DNA of 64,000 nucleotides from a virus: the IMG/VR virus record IMGVR_UViG_3300042924_005659; one strand, 5' to 3'. The translations under genes and the position numbers were made by a program. Under the pieces are notes generated by a model. The model searched no databases. It was not told the origin of the DNA and was given only the letters and a program-made list of their open reading frames with translations. Positions 57,413 to 64,000 of this stretch are shown in pieces; the first letter of the stretch is position 1, and each line of letters begins with the position of its first letter.

Positions 57413-57943
57413 TTATACCGTCGTTATAGTTCCAAGAACGTTGCAGGAAGCGGCAATGGTATTTACGGTGCTGGAATAGAAATAGCCGTCCCAATACTCC
57501 TCTGGCTCCGGAGTATAAGCATACGCAAAAGCTCTGGCTGTGACTGGATTGGTCTGGAGTCTCGTGATGTCTCCGGTCTCCTCACCTCCTACGGTCACTG
57601 AGGCAAAGCCATAAAGCTCTCCTCTGAAGGTGGTCGTAGCGCCAGAAGTTCTGACGGACTCATAGCTATCTAGAGTCGCTGAGGAGATCAGCACAGATAC
57701 CTGAGTTGCCGTAATTACAAATCTATTTGGAGTGACGCTTTTGGTAACTGTCTCAATAACGGCATTTGGATTCGGACTACCCAACGCGCCGATCAATCTA
57801 GCATCGTAAAGTTTAAACACAACGTCTTGAATGTCTGGTATGGCTATATTGTGAAAAAACCGCTCCGTAGGAAAAGACATGTAGAAGTCTTCGCCTACGG
57901 GAATAGCGGTAAATACAGTATTGCTTGCGTTTCCAGCTGACAT
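57413..57943 (-). CDS. hypothetical structural protein
   Basis: Co-oriented 176-aa ORF. Confidence 0.65.
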   Translation of the reverse strand: MSAGNASNTVFTAIPVGEDFYMSFPTERFFHNIAIPDIQDVVFKLYDARLIGALGSPNPNAVIETVTKSVTPNRFVITATQVSVLISSATLDSYESVRTSGATTTFRGELYGFASVTVGGEETGDITRLQTNPVTARAFAYAYTPEPEEYWDGYFYSSTVNTIAASCNVLGTITTV

Positions 57944-57953
57944 AGATGCAGTA

Positions 57954-57962
57954 ATTATAGCA
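57954..57962 (-). promoter_or_regulatory. extended -10 promoter
   Basis: TGCTATAAT, 10 nt upstream of ATG 57943; no SD. Confidence 0.6.
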
Positions 57963-57989
57963 CGCCAGCCGGTAGAAAACTAACGTTGA

Positions 57990-59324
57990 TTATTCGGCAG
58001 GTTCTGCAGTTACTACCACTAGTGTTGCAAAGTTGCCGCCAACGTTAGAGTCCTGAATAGCCAGAGTCTTTATTGGCTGAGTGCCGTTGGCAGAACTTCC
58101 ATAGGTAAACGTATATGAGTTGGTTAAGTTTGTGGTGATCGAGTTTGCAACAGGCAACGGTCTGGCAGATTTTGAGAAATCGTTCACAGTAAAGTTTAGA
58201 TACTTTGCCGGATCTTTAAATCTGTTTAAAATCTCCGCTCTGTTATTTCGACAATAGGTAAGGTTGCAGGCGTTATACAGCTTGCCAGTAAAGACTATAT
58301 TTCCGGCAACGTCTCGGCCTCTCACGTCTACGACCATATTGTTTTTTGCCAATCCTCTTACGTCTGTTTCAGAATATACAAAGTATATTTCGTTGGCAAC
58401 ATAGGCTAGTGGTACGGAGACTCCATTACTCACAGGATTATCGTAGGTTCCAAGCCCAGTATAAGCAGGAAGATAAGGCGTTGGCTTGCCGCCGTATGCG
58501 TCTGGACCATAGTTGTCGATCAGTGCGCAGAACTCAAGACGCCAAGTGTTTTGATTACTTAAACGACAAGCTACAATTATTGGATGCGGATTACTGTTAG
58601 TGTCGTAGGTAATGATTCTATTATTACTGGCAAGGTTGGAGTAACTGGAACCTGATGCGATCAGCTCAATGGTATCTGTAGGCTTTACTACATACTCTGC
58701 GGCTGTTGATGCTCTACTGCCAACGCCGACAACTTCCCTAAGGGCTGCCGAATAGTTAAGTCTGACTTCTCCAGCCGCAGTACAGCCCACTCTAGCGGTA
58801 AGTAATCCGGAAGTCTCGTAGATATAGGTACTGCCCGGTCCCTGAATCCAAGTAGGGAATACTGTACTAGAGGACGGATCAAGAAAAGATCCAATCTTTT
58901 GCTCTAAATTAGAGTTCCATAGCCAGCCATTTGGATATACCGGGTTACCCATTAAAAAAGTGTAATACGGAATAGCTCCAGAGAGTGCTTCCTGCTCTGG
59001 ATCATTAAGTATGGCGTTTGGGGCTATGAGTACAGGTCTAGTAGCAGATGTAGGATTGCTGGATACGTTGAAAGCCTGTACTGAAACCTTGTAAGAAGAC
59101 ACCTCCCAGTTGGGAGTATCAAAGAACAGATTTACACGCCTACCCATGGTCCAACCTGTATCGTAGGTTGGCAAATCTGTATTTGTATTAAATCCAGGTG
59201 CAGGCCAAGGAGCGTTGGTACCATCCATTGTGCTAGGAAAGCTTAATGGAAAAGGCTGAAATCTATGATCAGCCGCGTTTCCTAGGATAAGGTATCGGGT
59301 ATACGTGCTTCGCTGGAAGCTCAT
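57990..59324 (-). CDS. structural protein, paralog A
   Basis: Shares motifs with the 59338 ORF along its whole length. Confidence 0.75.
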   Translation of the reverse strand: MSFQRSTYTRYLILGNAADHRFQPFPLSFPSTMDGTNAPWPAPGFNTNTDLPTYDTGWTMGRRVNLFFDTPNWEVSSYKVSVQAFNVSSNPTSATRPVLIAPNAILNDPEQEALSGAIPYYTFLMGNPVYPNGWLWNSNLEQKIGSFLDPSSSTVFPTWIQGPGSTYIYETSGLLTARVGCTAAGEVRLNYSAALREVVGVGSRASTAAEYVVKPTDTIELIASGSSYSNLASNNRIITYDTNSNPHPIIVACRLSNQNTWRLEFCALIDNYGPDAYGGKPTPYLPAYTGLGTYDNPVSNGVSVPLAYVANEIYFVYSETDVRGLAKNNMVVDVRGRDVAGNIVFTGKLYNACNLTYCRNNRAEILNRFKDPAKYLNFTVNDFSKSARPLPVANSITTNLTNSYTFTYGSSANGTQPIKTLAIQDSNVGGNFATLVVVTAEPAE

Positions 59325-59337
59325 TGTGCCTCCAAGA

Positions 59338-60396
59338 CTAGCTAATTGGATTTATCGTGATCGCAATCTGCGGATAGGAGGTAGCAGTGCCGGAGTTTAT
59401 AAGGGCTAAGCATCTATAAGGCTCGGATCCAGCTACGTAATCTCTGTCGATTGTGATTCGCTGCGAGTTAAAAGCAGTAGTAGTTACTGTAGGCAGAGGA
59501 CGGAAATTGGCATTAGCCCAGGCTCTTGATACTTGTAGGAATCTAGTGGGGTCAAATAGCTTAGCTACTACTCCTGACTTATTGTTACTGGAGTAGGTTA
59601 GATTGACGCAGCTTACTAGGTTGCCGGTAAATACTGGAGTGCCGCCGCTATCCTTACCTACAACTGTAACTGCCAATCCGTCAACCGCCAGTTTTCTGAA
59701 GTCTGAGGCGCCGTACTTTAGGACGTACTCGTAAGAGGTCTCTGTAGCAGTAAGGGCGCCGGTTGCCGTAGAGGTAGGGAATCCCGTTGCATCAGATCCG
59801 ACAATTACTACTCTACCAGTACCGTCTAGATCCAACGAAGCGTTAAATTCGACGTAGTAGCTGTCAGAATTGTTTTTAACTCTTGTTGCCAGTACGGTTA
59901 AATTTGAACCTGTAGTAAGGTTATCTGCAATGTGCCCATTAGTGGCAACATCTAGAATATCTGAGGGCTGAACCCAGGCAGAATTTGCCGCCGAGGCTCG
60001 GGCTCCAACAGGAACTACGTTTGTTAAAATACCGCAGTAAGTTACGTTTATAGCGGTATTTAGAGTGTTCGCAAAGGCAACATTTCCACGTATGAAGTGG
60101 TTAGTTACATTTGCCACCGTGTCTACGATCATAACGTTAGGGGCAGCTAGAAGCGGAGTTCCAGCAGCGGTATGAGCGTACTCTAGATTGATGCTAAAGG
60201 TGCTTGAGGGCCAGGCCGGAGTCTCAAAGAAAATATTAACAGCCCTACCTGAAACCCATAAAGAGCTGTTAATAACTGGAGCGCTAGTACTAAATGCCTG
60301 CGGAGCAACTGTAAGCTCGTTGGCAGTAGGGCTGGCAGGAGTGCCTCGATCCTGAAGTTTCAGATATCGAGTTACAGGAGCCTGATGGAAGTTCAC
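59338..60396 (-). CDS. structural protein, paralog B
   Basis: TRYL, GRAVNIFFETP, VFTGNL...NLTYS, RPLP. Confidence 0.75.
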   Translation of the reverse strand: MNFHQAPVTRYLKLQDRGTPASPTANELTVAPQAFSTSAPVINSSLWVSGRAVNIFFETPAWPSSTFSINLEYAHTAAGTPLLAAPNVMIVDTVANVTNHFIRGNVAFANTLNTAINVTYCGILTNVVPVGARASAANSAWVQPSDILDVATNGHIADNLTTGSNLTVLATRVKNNSDSYYVEFNASLDLDGTGRVVIVGSDATGFPTSTATGALTATETSYEYVLKYGASDFRKLAVDGLAVTVVGKDSGGTPVFTGNLVSCVNLTYSSNNKSGVVAKLFDPTRFLQVSRAWANANFRPLPTVTTTAFNSQRITIDRDYVAGSEPYRCLALINSGTATSYPQIAITINPIS

Positions 60397-60420
60397 TTGA
60401 ACGCTCCTTTCGAGTAGTTA

Positions 60421-60996
60421 TTAGCTAACTACATCAAGGAACGTAAGGAGCTCCTCGTCAGAAACACCACCGGGGACGTCTGCAGCTGCAGCCTTGTTCA
60501 TTGGAGCTACTGGAACGCCAGCGGCCTCAAGACCAGAATCAAGAGCGTGGTTCATGGCAGCGAGGGAGAGCTTGATCTGACCTTCGCTAGCGTGCTTGAC
60601 GTTGAGGTTGCCGACGATGGTGTCGATGAGGGCATCGACTGAAACGCCGCTGGAGACCATTGCTGCAAACTTGCCATTGAGCTGCAGAGCATGGGCAAGG
60701 TCTGACTCGGACTCAAACTGAAGACCGTGTTCGGCGCAAGCCTTTACGAACTCAGGAATGTAGTAAGTGCCAACAAAGCTCTGGAGGGCAGCGATCTTAC
60801 GGGACTCGTTGTTTTGAGTATCTGACATTTGAGATTCCTTTTTGGAGTATTTTGCCTTAGCCTCAGCTAATTGCTTCTGGTAGTTTTTCTTGAAGCCTGC
60901 CGGATCGGGCTTGTCTGCACCGATGGAAACCAGGTGCTTGTACATAGCCTCGATGAATTCTGGGGAATTTGGATCTGTAGGGCCGTCTGAAAACAT
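60421..60996 (-). CDS. head-associated protein with a possible second in-frame start at 60828
   Basis: AAGGA SD before both ATG 60996 and ATG 60828; K-x-A motifs. Confidence 0.7.
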   Translation of the reverse strand: MFSDGPTDPNSPEFIEAMYKHLVSIGADKPDPAGFKKNYQKQLAEAKAKYSKKESQMSDTQNNESRKIAALQSFVGTYYIPEFVKACAEHGLQFESESDLAHALQLNGKFAAMVSSGVSVDALIDTIVGNLNVKHASEGQIKLSLAAMNHALDSGLEAAGVPVAPMNKAAAADVPGGVSDEELLTFLDVVS

Positions 60997-61015
60997 TTTC
61001 GTATCCTTGGTAATT

Positions 61016-61043
61016 CCTACGGGGGGATTTCTCCCCCCGTAGG
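61016..61043 (-). terminator. stem-loop after the major capsid gene
   Basis: CCTACGGGGGGA-GAAA-TCCCCCCGTAGG, perfect 12 bp; no clear U tract, so may be a stabilising/attenuating hairpin. Confidence 0.75.
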
Positions 61044-61063
61044 TGTTGCATCATATCTTTGAA

Positions 61064-62041
61064 TTATGCGAAGTCAACTCGGGAGACGGCTGCAGCATTT
61101 GCAATACCGCCACCAAGCATCTCGTAGGCGTACCAGGAGAGCATTGGACCTTCACGCTTGACGAACATGGTGGTGTCCTCAAGGAAGTAAAGGCGACCAA
61201 GGAACTCAGGTGCAGCAAAGAGGAACATGCTGTTGTTGGGGACGAGGTCGTCCTTAATGGTGGTGATCCAGTTGAGGCTGCACCACTTGGTTGCCTCGCC
61301 TGCCCAGCCATTGACCAGAATGTTCTGAGCCATGTCGCCACCGACTTCTTCACGAGTCCACTTCTCGAACTCGAGAGCAGTCTTCTGGTTGACAAGAGCG
61401 GTCTGAGGACGGAGGCGAGCGCCTGCGGTCATCATGAGCTTCTTGGCCTCAACGACGTTCTCACGAGTGAGACCGCCGGAGAGAGTCTTCCATAGCGTGA
61501 TGTTGGTGCCGTTTGGACCGTAGGGAACTAGCTCGTTTGCGGTCATGAGGTCGTTGGAGAGCAGCGAATTGATCGTCTGGATGAACTTGCCGTCTTCCTC
61601 TGCCTGGAGATCCTTGAGCGCATTGTCGCTAATGACCTGACGGATGTCGAGATCATAGTCGTGAAGCTCCGCAACGTCCTTGTTGAACATTGGAGTTGCA
61701 ATGCGGCTGAAGGTAACGAGCCAACGCTTACCGTAGATGTAGGTTCCGCTGGGGAACTCACCGAAGGGAATCGACATCGCTCCAGGTGAATCTGGCTCGA
61801 GTTCGACGACCTTGGACGGCTTATCGGTGGAGACCTGCTTGGTGAGGTCGTCGCCGGTAATGGTCTGAGCGGGGAGAATCTTGCGGAGGAAACCCTCTTC
61901 ACGAAGCTTCATGCGGATGTAATCCGACGTAGCGCGTGCAACTTTGATAGTTGACTCTGGGTTAAACTCCATCTGGTCGATGTGCTGACGAACTACTTGG
62001 TTCGCCCGCTTTTCCATATCTGAAAGATGTTCTAGTGCCAT
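61064..62041 (-). CDS. major capsid protein (HK97 fold)
   Basis: 325 aa, biased codon usage, strong GGAG SD, followed by a hairpin; IRMKLREEGFLRKILP, DLQAEEDGKF; downstream of decoration and scaffold-like genes. Confidence 0.8.
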   Translation of the reverse strand: MALEHLSDMEKRANQVVRQHIDQMEFNPESTIKVARATSDYIRMKLREEGFLRKILPAQTITGDDLTKQVSTDKPSKVVELEPDSPGAMSIPFGEFPSGTYIYGKRWLVTFSRIATPMFNKDVAELHDYDLDIRQVISDNALKDLQAEEDGKFIQTINSLLSNDLMTANELVPYGPNGTNITLWKTLSGGLTRENVVEAKKLMMTAGARLRPQTALVNQKTALEFEKWTREEVGGDMAQNILVNGWAGEATKWCSLNWITTIKDDLVPNNSMFLFAAPEFLGRLYFLEDTTMFVKREGPMLSWYAYEMLGGGIANAAAVSRVDFA

Positions 62042-62058
62042 CTGTATTTACTCCTGGG

Positions 62059-62078
62059 TAGGTTTAGGTTTAGGTTTA
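62059..62078 (-). repeat. hexamer repeat (AACCTA x3 on the minus strand) just upstream of the capsid SD
   Basis: TAGGTT TAGGTT TAGGTT TA on the plus strand. Confidence 0.85.
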
Positions 62079-62085
62079 ATTTGAA

Positions 62086-62661
62086 TTAGATTGCTGGCCA
62101 CCAGTTGACGTAGAAATAAACCATATTTACGCCGTACTGGTTCTTGGCTACGCCTGAAGTAGCAATACCAATGACCTGGTTGGTGTTTTGAGTGGCATTT
62201 ATGGCGTAGCCGTATGCACTTGGAGTACCGGTGCTAGCAAAAGTAGCAATCTTGCCTGCTGCGGAAGTGCTAGCCATAAGTAGTTGACCTGCGGTGGGAG
62301 CACCGTCGTACTCAGTGGTACCGAGCTCGTATGCGCCGGTACCAACGAGGCAGCTAACGCCGACTTCGCCCTGAGCGACTTGAGTAGACTTCTGAGCAGC
62401 CATGTTGCCCTGATAACGAACTGCATCGTTATCTTCGATACCGCCACGTGCAAAGAGTGGCATTGCATTACCGGTAGCTGCACCCTTTGCAAACTGGCCG
62501 CTGGTGTTAAGGTAGCCGATAGCGCCAGCAACAACACCAGTAGCGGTGGTGCCGTTATAGCCAGCAACGGGGCAAACGCGAGAAAGTTGACGCTCATCCC
62601 ACCATCCACGGACGGGATCGAGCATGTTTGTGGTCATCTGAGTTAAGTTCTTGTAAGGCAT
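62086..62661 (-). CDS. capsid decoration/cement protein
   Basis: Small Gly/Ala/Thr-rich beta protein directly upstream of the MCP; YELGTTEYD...GQLL. Confidence 0.65.
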   Translation of the reverse strand: MPYKNLTQMTTNMLDPVRGWWDERQLSRVCPVAGYNGTTATGVVAGAIGYLNTSGQFAKGAATGNAMPLFARGGIEDNDAVRYQGNMAAQKSTQVAQGEVGVSCLVGTGAYELGTTEYDGAPTAGQLLMASTSAAGKIATFASTGTPSAYGYAINATQNTNQVIGIATSGVAKNQYGVNMVYFYVNWWPAI

Positions 62662-62720
62662 TGTTTATTCTCCGAATCTTGGATTCGTATAGTGTAGAAC
62701 AGAAGTTCTTTCTTTTCAAT

Positions 62721-63113
62721 TTAGCTGAGGAGAGCCTCGCACCAGGCCGACGAGGACTGGTTGCCAGGAACCGCAGCGGATTTTGCGGAAACAGAGGAAG
62801 GAACACCTACCGCAAGATTACGAGCCTGGCCCACTTCGGCCTGAAGGGCAGCAATCTTGTTGGTAAGAGACGCGATAGTCTTGAGAGCGCCATCATTTGT
62901 CATGATGTAGTTTGCGAACTCAGACTGACGAGCTGGATCAAGTCCAGCGTGTTTGACAAGGTCTGCAACCCGAGCTTCGGCTTCCTTACGAGAAACCGGG
63001 CTTGGAGTTGCAGTTGGCTGGGGTGCGGAGATAGTCGAAACCATCTCAGGCACACGCTCCATGAAAGATGCGATCTTTTCTAGCGCTTTAACTGGAATTT
63101 TAATATTACTCAC
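62721..63113 (-). CDS. scaffold-like helical protein
   Basis: Ala-rich helical, K-x-A motifs, head-module position. Confidence 0.6.
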   Translation of the reverse strand: MSNIKIPVKALEKIASFMERVPEMVSTISAPQPTATPSPVSRKEAEARVADLVKHAGLDPARQSEFANYIMTNDGALKTIASLTNKIAALQAEVGQARNLAVGVPSSVSAKSAAVPGNQSSSAWCEALLS

Positions 63114-64000
63114 GACTGAATCCCTTTATAGATTGAGTTAAGTTCATTGCGAAGACGGCTGGCGGAACGCAGAGTCTGGAACTTTGCGCCTGCGCGCTTT
63201 ACAGCACCGTCACAAGTCTGAAGGAAAGAAACCTGAGCTGCGGAGAGCTTGGTAGGATCTACCTTACCTGCAGCAATCAGAGCAGAAGCCTTGGCGTAGG
63301 AGCGAACATCGGACTCCTTCATGCCTTCCTGTTGCATGAGTGCCATAAGAGCAGCTTCATCCTCAGGAGTCATTGGAGGCTCTTGGCCCTCAGCACCCAT
63401 CATGGCAGGATCCATCATGGCGGCCATCTCGTCTGGAGCGCCACCGCCTGCTGGCATTGCAGCCATGTCCATAAGTGCTTGCTCGGCAGCAGCCTCTTCG
63501 TCAGAAGAAATTTCCTCTTCTGATTCGGGAGACTCCTCCTCGCCTTCCTCTTCCTCTTCCATCATTTCGTCTTCTGCGAGCTTACGAAAGGTGCGGCCCT
63601 TGCGGGAAGAGCCCTCCTTCTCTGCTTTAATCTCGGCTTCGAGTGCAGCAGCAGCCTTCTTTAGCTTCTTGAGCTGAGACATCTTCTCCTCAGCGTCATC
63701 GCCTGGCTTCTTGTCTGCCCAGTCTGGAACGCCATCGCCGTCGGCATCTGGCTTCTTCTTCTCAGACTTTTCGGCAGGCTTGGCATCAGCCTGAGCGCCG
63801 GCCATAACTTCTGCAAACTTAGGAGTGCCGTCGATCTCAGCAAGAATGTCGTAAGCTGCGATCTTCTCAGCCATGCCGTGAATCTGAGCTGCGGCTGCGG
63901 CTTGCTTCTCGGCCTGAATTACTGGAAGAACGTGAGGAGCTGCAAACTTGTCCATGACAGCGGTAACAGACTGAACAAAAGACTCAGCATCACGAGCGGC
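63110..64000 (-). CDS. acidic scaffold / internal head protein, 5'-truncated by the window edge
   Basis: Frame is open from 64000 (AARDAESFVQSVTAVMDKFAAP...), so ATG 63955 is probably internal; poly-Glu and Met/Pro-rich tract. Confidence 0.75.
   Translation of the reverse strand, partial: AARDAESFVQSVTAVMDKFAAPHVLPVIQAEKQAAAAAQIHGMAEKIAAYDILAEIDGTPKFAEVMAGAQADAKPAEKSEKKKPDADGDGVPDWADKKPGDDAEEKMSQLKKLKKAAAALEAEIKAEKEGSSRKGRTFRKLAEDEMMEEEEEGEEESPESEEEISSDEEAAAEQALMDMAAMPAGGGAPDEMAAMMDPAMMGAEGQEPPMTPEDEAALMALMQQEGMKESDVRSYAKASALIAAGKVDPTKLSAAQVSFLQTCDGAVKRAGAKFQTLRSASRLRNELNSIYKGIQS

Noticed and set aside
62059-62078. TTAGG-like telomeric repeat
   Set aside because: Only three units, internal and intergenic in a phage operon.
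1-64000. Stop-codon reassignment
   Set aside because: Genes are full length and tightly coupled under the standard code, and TAA, TAG and TGA all end genes.
1-64000. tRNA genes, introns/inteins, integrase, transposase
   Set aside because: No cloverleaf/T-loop signature in the few intergenic gaps, no split genes or intein termini noticed, and no recombinase motifs. This was a manual scan only.

Overview
This is a 64 kb slice of a large, apparently lytic tailed phage with a contractile tail (myovirus type), using the standard genetic code. No integrase, tRNA or CRISPR array was seen. The left end (minus strand) carries a recombination/replication block (SF2 helicase, SbcC/Rad50, SbcD/Mre11) and several small membrane ORFs. 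Two plus-strand islands interrupt the minus strand. One is the terminase large subunit. The other is a five-gene block of probable internal head/ejection proteins, two with glycine zippers. They flank a degenerate Zn-ribbon/primase-helicase-like gene and a hairpin-rich spacer. From about 15.6 kb to the right edge, a near-continuous minus-strand structural region encodes scaffold-like proteins, major capsid, decoration, neck (one collagen-fused), two fibre clusters, sheath, tube, spike, tail chaperone, tape measure, hub and baseplate, with a sigma factor embedded in it. Most notable: (1) a pervasive K-x-A motif confined to head-associated proteins, a candidate maturation-protease or packaging signal; (2) an unannotated -1 frameshift (slippery site plus hairpin) in the tail chaperone; (3) a cysteine-rich fibre/paralog module that ends in CxxC, DxD glycosyltransferase-like and HExxH genes; (4) structured non-coding elements. 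Product names come from motifs read by eye and from synteny, not from database searches.
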